Assembly (NCBI GenBank): GCA_035562135.1
Contig: DATMWS010000056.1
Location: forward strand, 1-57,739
Direction of reading: 5' to 3'
Length of the DNA stretch: 57,739 nt
From: Thiobacillus sp.
GTDB lineage: Bacteria > Pseudomonadota > Gammaproteobacteria > Burkholderiales > Thiobacillaceae
Shown here: positions 39,891 to 50,662 of the stretch, piece by piece
Layout: every line of letters begins with the position of its first letter
Numbering within the stretch: position 1 is the first letter of the stretch
Translations under genes and position numbers: made by a program
Notes under the pieces: generated by a model
Seen by the model: only the letters and a program-made list of their open reading frames with translations
Told to the model about the DNA's origin: nothing
The model's database searches: none

Positions 39891-40672
39891 TTATGAAGGT
39901 ATTCCAAAAGCTTGGCTGGATATTTTGAAAGAATCTTCAGCATGCTAGCTGGAATACCATTTTCCCGGCAGGCTCGCAGCACTTCCCGATTCAGAACCAG
40001 GGTGTTGCGCCAACCGCTAGTACTGATACCCCCTGTACGCATGCGCACCAGCACTTCGGGTAGGTAACGATAGCGCAGAGGCTGGCGCCAAAAAGCACGG
40101 GCGATAAACTCGAAATCGCCAGCGATACGGTAATCCGTGCGGAAGGGCCCGACTCTCTGGAACACCTTGTGCCGTAAAAACAGCGCCGGGTGAGCCGGCA
40201 TCCAGCCCCATGCGATGCGCTCCGGCCGGAAGCGGGCTGAAGTATAACGGCGCACCGCTAGCGCCGGATTCTCCGGGTGGAAAAACTCAACGTCGCCAAA
40301 TAAAGCATCCAGGTGATCCTGCCTCATGAGTTTGGCGACATCGTTAAGCACATTATCGTGGGCGTAAACATCGTCTGAATTGAGAAAACCGATCACATCA
40401 CCCGTCGCGGCATGCACCCCCTTATTCATCGCGTCATAGATGCCACGATCTGGTTCTGAGATCACCTTGGATAGCGATTGACGATAGCGCTCGATGATAG
40501 CCAGCGTGCCATCACTGGATCCTCCATCAACGAGGATATGTTCAATCCCCGGCCAGGTTTGGGCAGCTACCGAACGCAGGGTGCCTTCGATGGTTTGCGC
40601 GCTGTTGTAGCAAACCGTGACGATGGAAAATTTCATGATGTTTGAGGATTTCCGGCTCAGGTGCGGATTCAT
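39887..40672 (-). CDS. Glycosyltransferase family 2 (WcaE-like)
   Basis: SIVTVCYN, DGGSSDGT, GIYDAMNKG, LNSDD; alternative start 40636. Confidence 0.9.
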   Translation of the reverse strand: MNPHLSRKSSNIMKFSIVTVCYNSAQTIEGTLRSVAAQTWPGIEHILVDGGSSDGTLAIIERYRQSLSKVISEPDRGIYDAMNKGVHAATGDVIGFLNSDDVYAHDNVLNDVAKLMRQDHLDALFGDVEFFHPENPALAVRRYTSARFRPERIAWGWMPAHPALFLRHKVFQRVGPFRTDYRIAGDFEFIARAFWRQPLRYRYLPEVLVRMRTGGISTSGWRNTLVLNREVLRACRENGIPASMLKILSKYPAKLLEYLHK

Positions 40673-41415
40673 GACTCATGGGGCTGGTGCCTGTTCAATG
40701 CATGACGAAGGATATGCAGAAGCAGATTTTTGACCAGGCGCCAGCGCCAAACAAGCTTTTGCACACCAGGTGCGCCAACGGATGGACTTAAGTTGTTTCC
40801 ATGGCGGCGATAAGCGATGAGTGGCTGGTTGATGAAATGCGTCTTGCCGTAAATATCATTGATCAAGCCAAACCACATATCGTGCATAGGCACATCTTTT
40901 GGAATTGGGAGAAAGTGGTCCAGCATTGACCTCCGGAAAGCCAAGGTGCAGCCGAGATACTTGCTTTTAAGCAGGTTGTGCAAAACACCCGCGGCAAAAC
41001 GCCCGCGTTGCGCAAAAAAAGAATCGGCCACCACGAAACCCGACTCGTCAATTATCTTGGCATCGCTGGCCACAAGCGTTATTTCCGGGTTTAACGAAAA
41101 TGCTTCGATGATTTTGTCAGCTTTTCCCGGAAGCCAAACGTCATCTTGATCGCTCAGAAACAGGATGTCGCCCTGCGCCAGCCTCATGGCCTTTTCAAAC
41201 GAAGCCAACACGCCCAGGTTTCGCTCATTGCGATACACGTGCACCCTTGCATCCGAGAGATTGCGCAACAATTCTGCCGAATTGTCTTGCGAGGCGTCAT
41301 CCACGACCACGACTTCATCAGTTGCCTGCAATTGCGCCAAGATAGAGCGCATCTGCGGCTGAAGATAGGCCGCGCCATTGTAGACGGCCATGCAGACGGA
41401 TATTTTCACCTCCAT
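40669..41415 (-). CDS. Glycosyltransferase family 2 (rhamnosyltransferase-like)
   Basis: SVCMAVYNG, VDDAS, LSDQDDVW, GCTLAF, HDMW, YRRH. Confidence 0.9.
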   Translation of the reverse strand: MEVKISVCMAVYNGAAYLQPQMRSILAQLQATDEVVVVDDASQDNSAELLRNLSDARVHVYRNERNLGVLASFEKAMRLAQGDILFLSDQDDVWLPGKADKIIEAFSLNPEITLVASDAKIIDESGFVVADSFFAQRGRFAAGVLHNLLKSKYLGCTLAFRRSMLDHFLPIPKDVPMHDMWFGLINDIYGKTHFINQPLIAYRRHGNNLSPSVGAPGVQKLVWRWRLVKNLLLHILRHALNRHQPHES

Positions 41416-41589
41416 CGCTCCAGCGCCTTCAGCAATGAAAAGGCCGAATCGAGTCTGAAAAACATAAAGCTCAACAATCTCATCTCGGACACAGCGTTGG
41501 TTCCAATTGATCCGTGCTGCTTGAGTAGCAAATTACCCTGACAGCAACCATTGCGATCATTACGACTGACATGCCAAGGGGGTTGGTCA

Positions 41590-41817
41590 GGAACGGGTGT
41601 GAAACAGGGCGTCAAACACCCAGAACAGTAGCAGCCAAGCAGTCAACTTGAGCAGGCGCAGGCGCGCGAGGTCTTCACGCAGCAGCTAGATCAGCCCCAC
41701 CCGGGATGGCCATGATGAAGATGGGCATTCGGACGGACGGCCGAATGGCAACAACAGCAAAAATGACCAGGCGAGGAAAACGGGCGTCCACTAGGCGGGG
41801 TTGAACACTGCTGGCAC
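41590..41817 (-). pseudogene. Fragmented membrane-protein gene, possibly an O-antigen ligase remnant
   Basis: Hydrophobic pieces in shifting frames with stops: WTPVFLAWSFLLLLPFGR, PIFIMAI, RLRLLKLTAWLLLFWVFDALF. Confidence 0.45.
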
Positions 41818-41819
41818 GG

Positions 41820-42482
41820 TTAAGCCGCGACACGTGTGCCGACTGCCGCCGAAAACGCGTCGATCACCGGCTGGATCAGGCTGCGCTTGAGTTTGAGTGC
41901 GGCCTGATTCACCACCAGGCGCGAGCTGATATCGCTGATGTGTTCGACGGCGACCAGGTCGTTAGCCTTGAGGGTGCCGCCGGTGGAAACGAGGTCAACG
42001 ATGACATCGGACAGCCCGACCAGCGGTGCCAGTTCCATCGATCCATACAGCTTGATGAGGTCGATGTGCACGCCTTTGCTGGCGAAGTGGTCGCGCGCCG
42101 CGTTGACGTATTTGGTGGCAACGCGAATGCGCGCGCCCTGCTTAACCTGGCCGGCATAGTCGTAACCTTCGCGCACCGCGACCATCATGCGGCAGCGCGC
42201 GATCTGCAGGTCAAGCGGCTGATACAGGCCGTTGCCGCCGTGTTCATTCAGCACGTCCTTGCCGGCGATGCCGAGGTCGGCGGCGCCGTATTGCACGTAG
42301 GTCGGCACGTCGCTGGCGCGCACGATGATGAGCCGCACGTCGGCACGGTTGGTGCCGATGATGAGCTTGCGCGAGGACTCGGGGTTTTCGGTCGGGGTGA
42401 TGCCCGCCGCCGCCAGCAGCGGCAGGGTTTCTTCAAAAATACGGCCCTTGGACAAGGCCAGCGTGATGCCGGAGTAGCTCAT
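41820..42482 (-). CDS. hisG: ATP phosphoribosyltransferase, short form
   Basis: [40 protein letters not shown]; no C-terminal regulatory domain. Confidence 0.97.
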   Translation of the reverse strand: MSYSGITLALSKGRIFEETLPLLAAAGITPTENPESSRKLIIGTNRADVRLIIVRASDVPTYVQYGAADLGIAGKDVLNEHGGNGLYQPLDLQIARCRMMVAVREGYDYAGQVKQGARIRVATKYVNAARDHFASKGVHIDLIKLYGSMELAPLVGLSDVIVDLVSTGGTLKANDLVAVEHISDISSRLVVNQAALKLKRSLIQPVIDAFSAAVGTRVAA

Positions 42483-42497
42483 GTTCAATGTCTGTGT

Positions 42498-43751
<1,254 letters not shown>

Positions 43752-43988
43752 TCAGCGGTTAGCCCAGTCTTCGGGGGTATAGGTCTTCATCGAAAGCGCA
43801 TGGATTTGTGCGTGCATGCGCGCGCCAAGGGCATCGTAAACCAGCCGGTGCTGCTGGATCATGTTCTTGCCGGCAAAGGCCGGGCTAACGATCACCGCCT
43901 GAAAATGTTGGCCGTCGCCGTCCAGTTCGATGTAGTCGCACGGCAGTTTCTCGGTGATCCAGCCTTTGATGTCGTCGGGGGTAACCAT
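43752..43988 (-). CDS. ibaG: BolA/IbaG family protein
   Basis: GDGQHF, QQHRLVY, IHALSMKT; upstream of murA. Confidence 0.9.
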   Translation of the reverse strand: MVTPDDIKGWITEKLPCDYIELDGDGQHFQAVIVSPAFAGKNMIQQHRLVYDALGARMHAQIHALSMKTYTPEDWANR

Positions 43989-44003
43989 GCGTGTCGTGCC
44001 TCT

Positions 44004-44759
44004 TCAGTGTCTGAGTTTGTAGCCGCTCTTGAGCAGCGCCAGGGTGAGCGCGGATATTGCCACAAAGCAGGCACTGGCGACCAGCAGGCCGAGCCAGGGA
44101 TCGGTGTCGGACTGGCCGACAAACGCATAGCGGAAGCCGTCGATCAGGTAGAACACCGGGTTGGCGTGCGAAATGGCCTGCCAGAAAGGCGGTAGCGAAT
44201 GGATCGAGTAGAACACGCCGGACAGGAAGGTGAGCGGCAGGATGAGAAAGTTCTGGAATGCCGCCAACTGGTCGTATTTTTCCGCCCAGATGCCGGCGAC
44301 GATGCCGACCGCGCCCATGATGGCGCAGGCCAGCAGCGCATACGCCAGCAGCCAGCCCAGATGCGGCATCTGCCACGGCGCGAACCACAGGGTCACCGCC
44401 CACACGCCGAGGCCGACCACCAGGCCGCGAATCACCGCCGCCCCCAGATAGGCCAGGAAGAATTCGAGGTAAGACAGCGGCGGCAGCAGCACGAACACGA
44501 TGTTGCCCTGCATCTTCGACTGGATGAGGCTGGACGAGCTGTTGGAAAACGCGTTCTGCAGCATGCTCATCATCACCAGCCCGGGCACCAGGAAACTGGT
44601 GTAGGAGACGCCTGGATAGACCTCGACATGCGCTTCCAGCACATGCGAGAAGATCAGCAGATACAGCAGCGCCGTCACCACCGGGGCGACCACGGTCTGC
44701 ACTGCCACTTTCCAGAAGCGCAGCATTTCCTTGTAGAACAGCGCCGGCAACCCGCTCAT
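44004..44759 (-). CDS. yadH: ABC-2 transporter permease (YadH-like)
   Basis: KEMLRFWKV..QT, FLVPGLVMM, PLTFLSGVFYS, NPVFYLIDGFR. Confidence 0.88.
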   Translation of the reverse strand: MSGLPALFYKEMLRFWKVAVQTVVAPVVTALLYLLIFSHVLEAHVEVYPGVSYTSFLVPGLVMMSMLQNAFSNSSSSLIQSKMQGNIVFVLLPPLSYLEFFLAYLGAAVIRGLVVGLGVWAVTLWFAPWQMPHLGWLLAYALLACAIMGAVGIVAGIWAEKYDQLAAFQNFLILPLTFLSGVFYSIHSLPPFWQAISHANPVFYLIDGFRYAFVGQSDTDPWLGLLVASACFVAISALTLALLKSGYKLRH

Positions 44760-45664
44760 GTGCGCTTCATGATGTCGGTGAAGACATCCTCCAGATCGGG
44801 TTCCTGCAGCTGCATTTCGAGCACGCGGATGCCGGCGCCGCGCAGGTCGGCGAGCAGGGTTTCCAGATCGTCGTACTCGCTGAAATTGATGCGCCAACTG
44901 CCGTCCGCGTCGTGCTGCAGGCGGGTCTGCCAAATACCCGGAACGCTTTCGCTATCCAGCCGCAGTTGCGCGCAATGCTCGTTGGTGAGCTGCAGCAGGT
45001 TGCGGGTGGTGTCGCAGGCGACAACGCGGCCGCTTTTCAGCATGGCGATGCGGCCGCATAGCGCCTCGGCCTCTTCCAGGTAATGCGTGGTCAGCAGGAT
45101 GGTGTGCCCCTCGCGGTTGAGACCGCTGATGAATTCCCACAGCGAGCGGCGCAGATCGACGTCGACCCCGGCGGTCGGCTCGTCGAGCACGATGACCGGC
45201 GGCTTGTGCACCAGCGCCTGCGCCACCAGCAGGCGGCGCTTCATGCCGCCCGACAGGCTCTGCGTGTTCTTGTCGGCGTGCGGGGCGAGATCGAGGTGGT
45301 GCATGATCTCGTCGATCCAGCCGTCGTTGTGCCTGAGTCCGAAATAGCCGGACTGGATGCGCAGGGTTTCGCGCACGTTGAAGAAGGGATCGTAGACCAG
45401 TTCCTGCGGCACCACGCCCAGCGCGCGGCGTGCCTGGCGGTAGTCGCGCACCACGTCGTGGCCCATGATGGCGGCCTGGCCGGAATCGGCACGGGTGAGC
45501 CCGGCGAGGATGGAAATCAGCGTGGTCTTGCCGGCGCCGTTGGGGCCCAGCAGGCCGAAAAACTCGCCCGGCTGGATTTCGAGCGAAACGCCATCGAGCG
45601 CCTGGGTAGTGCGAAAACGCTTGCGCAGATCGCTGACACGGATGGCGGGGCTTGCCTGGCTCAT
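44756..45664 (-). CDS. yadG: ABC transporter ATP-binding protein (YadG-like)
   Basis: GPNGAGKT, LSGGMKRR, LDEPTAGVD. Confidence 0.9.
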   Translation of the reverse strand: MSQASPAIRVSDLRKRFRTTQALDGVSLEIQPGEFFGLLGPNGAGKTTLISILAGLTRADSGQAAIMGHDVVRDYRQARRALGVVPQELVYDPFFNVRETLRIQSGYFGLRHNDGWIDEIMHHLDLAPHADKNTQSLSGGMKRRLLVAQALVHKPPVIVLDEPTAGVDVDLRRSLWEFISGLNREGHTILLTTHYLEEAEALCGRIAMLKSGRVVACDTTRNLLQLTNEHCAQLRLDSESVPGIWQTRLQHDADGSWRINFSEYDDLETLLADLRGAGIRVLEMQLQEPDLEDVFTDIMKRT

Positions 45665-45939
45665 GCGGGCAACAGCTCGGACACCCCATACAGCTCGGCC
45701 AGCGTGGTGAAACTGGCCGGCAGGCCGCTGCAGGCGAGCGTGCGCCCGGCTTGCCGGGCCTGCCGCATGGCGCTGAAGATGAGCGCGAGCGCAGCCGAAT
45801 CGGCGGTTTCGACCCCGCTGAAATCCAGGGTGTCGACCCCCTTGGCAAGCTGCGGCTGCAATTCGCGCAACAGGTCGCCGACGCTGTCGACGGTTACCGC
45901 ACCGCTGATGCGGCAGCCATTGCCCTCACATACAATCAC
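45661..45939 (-). CDS. mlaB: STAS-domain protein MlaB
   Basis: DFSGVETADSAALAL, LAELYGV. Confidence 0.9.
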   Translation of the reverse strand: MIVCEGNGCRISGAVTVDSVGDLLRELQPQLAKGVDTLDFSGVETADSAALALIFSAMRQARQAGRTLACSGLPASFTTLAELYGVSELLPA

Positions 45940-46574
45940 GAGCCGGGACGCGGCGCCGGCTTGGTCTCACCGCGTGCAGACTGGGCAGCCAGCGTTTTGA
46001 TCAGCCCGTCAATCCCGTCCTGGCGAATGGTGCTGGCAAAGGAAGCCCGGTAATTGGTGACCAGGCTGACGCCGTCGATCGTCACGTCGTAGACCTTCCA
46101 GCCGAAAGCCGTTTTGTACATGCTGTAGTGAATCGGAATGGGTTGCCCGCCCGGCTGGCGAATTTCGGAGCGCACGGTCACATCGGTGTCGTCCGGCTTC
46201 ATCACCAGCGGCTTGAATTCGATCGTCTGGTCGGTGAACGCGGTGAGCGAACTGGAATAGGTGCGCACCAGCAGGTTGCGGAATTCGGTCACCAGCTCCT
46301 GTTTCTGTTTGGCTGTGGCACGCGGCCAGTGCTTGCCGAGGGCCAGCTGCGTCATGCGGTTGAAGTCGAAGTTGGGCAGGATTTTGGCTTCGACCAGCTG
46401 GTACACCTTGGACAGGTTGCCGCTCTGAAGCTCCTTGTCCTGTTTCAGGATGCTGATGACTTCCTGCGTGGTGGTGCGTGCCAGCACGTCGGGCAGCGTA
46501 TCGTTGGCCGCCAGTGCCGCAGGGGGATTGAACCCCAGCACCAGTACCATTAGCAAAAAAAATGTGCGCAACAT
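45936..46574 (-). CDS. mlaC: Periplasmic phospholipid-binding protein MlaC
   Basis: FDFNRMTQLALG, LLVRTY, WKVYDV.IDGVSLVTNYR; start MLRTFF at 46574. Confidence 0.95.
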   Translation of the reverse strand: MLRTFFLLMVLVLGFNPPAALAANDTLPDVLARTTTQEVISILKQDKELQSGNLSKVYQLVEAKILPNFDFNRMTQLALGKHWPRATAKQKQELVTEFRNLLVRTYSSSLTAFTDQTIEFKPLVMKPDDTDVTVRSEIRQPGGQPIPIHYSMYKTAFGWKVYDVTIDGVSLVTNYRASFASTIRQDGIDGLIKTLAAQSARGETKPAPRPGS

Positions 46575-46656
46575 AGTCAAGGTAATCCTGTTCGAGAAAA
46601 TCGGGATGGTACAAACCGGGGCGGGACCAATCGGGCTAGGAGTAGACGCCCGTTGC

Positions 46657-48030
46657 TTACCTGAGTTCACCGGTCAGGCGCGCCAGCTGCGCCACGTTCA
46701 TGTTGTAGTCGTTAACCGTGCGCAGATATTCGGTCTGCACCAGAACATAGTTCTTGATCGCGTCGGCCACCTTGTCGGCGCTTTCGAGCCCGGCCGACAA
46801 ATCGGCCAGCGACGCCACCATCCAGCGCCGTGCCGCCGCCGCGCCTTCGGCCAGTTCGCGTTGCGCATCATGGTTCGCCTGGGCGTTGGCATAGGCCTCA
46901 CCCACTTCAAACGGAATACCCGCCACTGCAAACGCCTTCTTGTGGTTGAGCGCTTCCAGATCGGCCTGCGCCTGATTGACACGGGCGCTGGCGACACCGA
47001 ACACGCTGTCCCATTTCACCCCGACCACCGGGGTGAGGCCGCCGCCATTGAAGGGGTCGTTGAGAAAGGGGTTGTCCAGCCGCTCACGCTGCGAGGCATA
47101 GTTGAACTGCCCGATCACGCCGGCGTACACGTCCGGCATGCGGTCGGCCTTTTTGGCGGCCACCAGGGCACGGCGGGCACGCAGACCCGCTTCGAGCTGC
47201 TGCATCTCGGGGCGATCCTGCAGGGCGCGTGCCTGGAACTCGGCCAGATCCACCTGCGGGAAGGGCACCGGCTCGATCCGTTCGTCGGCCACCTTGAGGT
47301 CGGACTTCAAGCCGGCGCCGGTCAGCACCTTCAGACCATCGAGGCTGATTTTTTCGACCGCGCGCGCCTGGTACACATACTTGGCAAGCAGGCCCTTGGC
47401 GGTTTGCAGCGCATACAGGTCGGATTGCTTGGACTCGCCGGTTTCTTCCTTGAGATTGCGCTCGACCGATTCGATGGACCCATTCAGCCGCCCCTGCATG
47501 TCTTCCAGGAAAACCCGGGTATCGCGCGCAGTCAGATAGCCAAAGTAGGCACGCTTGGTGTCATACACCGTGTCGGTGCGCGACTGCTTGAGCTCGCCGC
47601 GCCTGAGGTCGACATTGCCCTGCGCGGCCTCGCCGTAACGTTCGAACTTGCCAAAGGTGTAGAGCGGCTTGATCAGCGCGAAATCCAGATGGGTCCAGTC
47701 GGAAATGCCCTCAATCCTGTCGCCGTCGGAGCGCGGGGTGCACGGAAAAGCGGTGCACGACTGGGCGCCGCCCTGATAGAAACCGCCCTCAACTTCCGGC
47801 GCCAGCCCGATGAAGGCATTGGCGCTGACCCGCCAGCCGGCGTTGCCCTGCACTTCCTGCAGCAGGCCGCGTGCGGCCTCGACCACCTGTTCGCGTTCCT
47901 TGATGCGCGGATCGGCGGCAAGGCTCATTTCCACCGCCTGTTGCAGGTTGACGGTCTCTGCCTGTACGGGCAGGGTGGCCAGCAGCATGCCGGCTGCCAG
48001 CAATGTGCGGGGGAGTGCGTTGAGTTTCAT
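46657..48030 (-). CDS. TolC family outer-membrane protein
   Basis: 457 aa with signal peptide, LQQAVEMSLAADP, two-repeat helical architecture (PLYTFGK; RPEMQQLEA; YNMNVAQLARLTG). Confidence 0.88.
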   Translation of the reverse strand: MKLNALPRTLLAAGMLLATLPVQAETVNLQQAVEMSLAADPRIKEREQVVEAARGLLQEVQGNAGWRVSANAFIGLAPEVEGGFYQGGAQSCTAFPCTPRSDGDRIEGISDWTHLDFALIKPLYTFGKFERYGEAAQGNVDLRRGELKQSRTDTVYDTKRAYFGYLTARDTRVFLEDMQGRLNGSIESVERNLKEETGESKQSDLYALQTAKGLLAKYVYQARAVEKISLDGLKVLTGAGLKSDLKVADERIEPVPFPQVDLAEFQARALQDRPEMQQLEAGLRARRALVAAKKADRMPDVYAGVIGQFNYASQRERLDNPFLNDPFNGGGLTPVVGVKWDSVFGVASARVNQAQADLEALNHKKAFAVAGIPFEVGEAYANAQANHDAQRELAEGAAAARRWMVASLADLSAGLESADKVADAIKNYVLVQTEYLRTVNDYNMNVAQLARLTGELR

Positions 48031-48494
48031 TGTGTCGCTCCTTCCTGAGCTTGGCCGTATATAAACCGTCCGATCAGATTCTCCAGCACCACGGCTGACT
48101 GGGTGATGAGAATCCGGTCCTTGTCCTTCAATGTCTGGCTGTCGCCGCCCGCTTCCAGCCCGATATATTGCTCGCCCAGCAAACCCGAGGTCATGATAGC
48201 GGCAGAGGTATCCTTGGGGAAAGCATAGCGCTTGTCCAGGCGAAGAGTGACGGCGGCTTCGAATGTTTCATTGTCAAAATGAATATCCGCCACCCGGCCC
48301 ACCACCACCCCGGCGCTTTTAACCGGTGCACGCGGCTTGAGACCACCGATATTGTCGAAGCGGGCGACAACTTCGTAGCTATTCGACGCGCTTACGGCGC
48401 TCGTGCTGCCGACCTTGAGCGCCAGGAACAGCAGCGCGACAACGCCTGCAATGACAAATAATCCCACCCAGAGATCGAGTACGGTCTTGTTCAT
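48027..48494 (-). CDS. mlaD: MCE protein MlaD
   Basis: FDNIGGLK.RAPV..AGVVVGRV, TSGLLGEQYI. Confidence 0.96.
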   Translation of the reverse strand: MNKTVLDLWVGLFVIAGVVALLFLALKVGSTSAVSASNSYEVVARFDNIGGLKPRAPVKSAGVVVGRVADIHFDNETFEAAVTLRLDKRYAFPKDTSAAIMTSGLLGEQYIGLEAGGDSQTLKDKDRILITQSAVVLENLIGRFIYGQAQEGATQ

Positions 48495-48498
48495 GATG

Positions 48499-49287
48499 TC
48501 AGTTAAGTCCCCGGAACATGAATGCGGTCAAAATAAAATCCAGCGCCAGCACAACCAGGCTGGAGGTCACCACGGTGCGTGTGGTGGCGCCCGACACGCC
48601 TTCGGCGGTCGGCGGTGCGTCGTAGCCTTCGAACAGCGCGATGGTAGTGATGGCAATGCCGAACACCACGCTCTTGATGACGCCGTTGAGAATGTCCTGC
48701 TCGAAATCGACCGCGCTCTCCATTTGTGACCAGAACGCCCCTTCGTCCACCCCGATCAGCTGCACGCCGACCAGATAGCCGCCGAAAATCCCCATCGCCG
48801 AGAACAGCGCCGCCAAGAGCGGCATCGAAATCACCCCCGCCCAGAAGCGCGGCGCCACCACGCGGGCGATCGGGTCGACCGCCATCATTTCCATCGCCGC
48901 CAGCTGCTCGGTCGCCTTCATCAGGCCGATCTCCGCGGTGATCGCGGACCCTGCGCGGCTGGCGAACAACAGGGCCGCGACCACCGGCCCCAGTTCGCGC
49001 ACCAGCGACAGCGCCACCAGGATGCCCAGCGCTTCTTCCGAGCCGTAGGTTTGCAGCGTTTCATAGCCCTGCAAACCGAGCACCATGCCGACAAACAGCC
49101 CCGACACCAGAATGATGATGAGCGAGAGCACGCCCGTGAAGTACATCTCGCGGATGGTCAGCCCGAAGCGGCGAAATGCGGTGCCCGAGTGCAGCAGGAC
49201 CGCCACGAAGAAACGGGCCGCAAAGCCGATGCGCCACACGCCCTGTATGGTGCGATTCCCGAGGTTTTCAATCGATTGCTTAAGCAC
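48499..49287 (-). CDS. mlaE: ABC permease MlaE
   Basis: RELGPVVAALLFASRAGSAITAEIGLMK, EGVSGATTRTVV; GTG start 49287. Confidence 0.96.
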   Translation of the reverse strand: MLKQSIENLGNRTIQGVWRIGFAARFFVAVLLHSGTAFRRFGLTIREMYFTGVLSLIIILVSGLFVGMVLGLQGYETLQTYGSEEALGILVALSLVRELGPVVAALLFASRAGSAITAEIGLMKATEQLAAMEMMAVDPIARVVAPRFWAGVISMPLLAALFSAMGIFGGYLVGVQLIGVDEGAFWSQMESAVDFEQDILNGVIKSVVFGIAITTIALFEGYDAPPTAEGVSGATTRTVVTSSLVVLALDFILTAFMFRGLN

Positions 49288-50092
49288 GCTGCACTCCCAG
49301 TCGCAAGTCGTCGGCATAGGACGGCGCCGGATAATGGAAAGGCACCGGGCCGTCGGCCTCGCCATGCACGAACTGGTGCACGTACGCCAAGTCGGACGCC
49401 CGGATCTCTGCTGCCGTGCCCTCGGCGACGATCACGCCTTCCGAGACGAAATATATGTAATCGACGATCTTCAGCGACTCTTGCACGTCGTGCGTCACCA
49501 CCAGCGAGGTCAGTCCCAGCGTGTCGGTCAGGCGGCGGATCAGGTTGCCGGTCACGCCCAGCGAAATCGGGTCGAGCCCGGCAAACGGCTCGTCGTACAT
49601 CACCAGCATGGGATCGAGCGCGATCGCGCGCGCCAGCGCCACCCGCCGCGCCATCCCGCCAGACAGTTCGGACGGCATCAGGTGCGCGGCCCCGCGCAGG
49701 CCGACGGCATGCAGCTTCATCAGCACCAGATCGCGAATGGCGTCCTCCGGCAGATCGGTGTGTTCGCGCAGCTGGAACGCCACATTATCGAACGCCGAGA
49801 TGTCGGTGAACAGCGCGCCGAACTGGAACAGCATGCCCATCTTGCGGCGCAGGCGGTACAGGCCCGCCGAATCGAGCTCGCCCACTGATTCGCCCGCCAC
49901 CCGCACCCGCCCCTGGCCGGGCTTGATCTGCCCGCCAATCAGACGCAAAAGGGTGGTTTTGCCGCAACCGCTGCTGCCCATGATGGCGATGACCTGCCCG
50001 CGCCGGGCGGTCAGGTTGATGCCCTTCAAAACCGGCCGGTCACCATAGCCAAATTCGACATCTTCGATTTCGACCAGATTGTCGTTGTGCAA
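49280..50092 (-). CDS. mlaF: ABC ATPase MlaF
   Basis: GSSGCGKT, MLFQFGALF, LSGGMARRVALARA, YDEPFAGLDP. Confidence 0.96.
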   Translation of the reverse strand: MHNDNLVEIEDVEFGYGDRPVLKGINLTARRGQVIAIMGSSGCGKTTLLRLIGGQIKPGQGRVRVAGESVGELDSAGLYRLRRKMGMLFQFGALFTDISAFDNVAFQLREHTDLPEDAIRDLVLMKLHAVGLRGAAHLMPSELSGGMARRVALARAIALDPMLVMYDEPFAGLDPISLGVTGNLIRRLTDTLGLTSLVVTHDVQESLKIVDYIYFVSEGVIVAEGTAAEIRASDLAYVHQFVHGEADGPVPFHYPAPSYADDLRLGVQRA

Positions 50093-50182
50093 GAAATCCA
50101 GCCTGTGTTTTTGTTGAGGGCTGCTATTTTACCGAAGCACGCCCGCGCCACCGCAACAATGCAGGCGTTTTTAACCCGATAT

Positions 50183-50638
50183 TCAGTAGCCCATCACCTG
50201 CTTCAAGGTGTTGGCCTGTTCCAGCAGACCGAGGTCGCCGCTGCGACTGAATACAAACAGGGGTTCACCCGTCGCCGCCTGCTGCGTGATGCGTTGCGCC
50301 AGCACACGCAGATCGGGGGCCTCATCCAGCCACCAGACATGCTCTGCTTCCCACGCTGGCGTAGCCAGCAGCACCCGCTCCGAAGCGGGTTTCACCGACG
50401 CCGCGTCACCCGGCTCCAACACGAAATAGAAGCCGTCCCGGGTGTCGTACAGCCATTGCGCCCAGGTCGCTTCGGATGCGGCCTGCCAGACAGCTGCCGG
50501 CAAATAGACTGCCTGGAATTGCGTGTTGTAATACGACAACAGCCAGTCATTCGGCAGATCATCGGGATAAAACCCGCCCTGCCACGCGGGATGCCGCCAG
50601 CCGCTGGCGCCGACCAGAACCAGGGGGTTGGAGGTCAT
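50183..50638 (-). CDS. Short DUF72-like protein
   Basis: VGASGWRHPAWQGGFYPDDLP..W.LSYYNTQF matches the DUF72 N-terminus; only 151 aa. Confidence 0.65.
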   Translation of the reverse strand: MTSNPLVLVGASGWRHPAWQGGFYPDDLPNDWLLSYYNTQFQAVYLPAAVWQAASEATWAQWLYDTRDGFYFVLEPGDAASVKPASERVLLATPAWEAEHVWWLDEAPDLRVLAQRITQQAATGEPLFVFSRSGDLGLLEQANTLKQVMGY

Positions 50639-50662
50639 GTCGAGGCGATGGCGTCCGACGCT

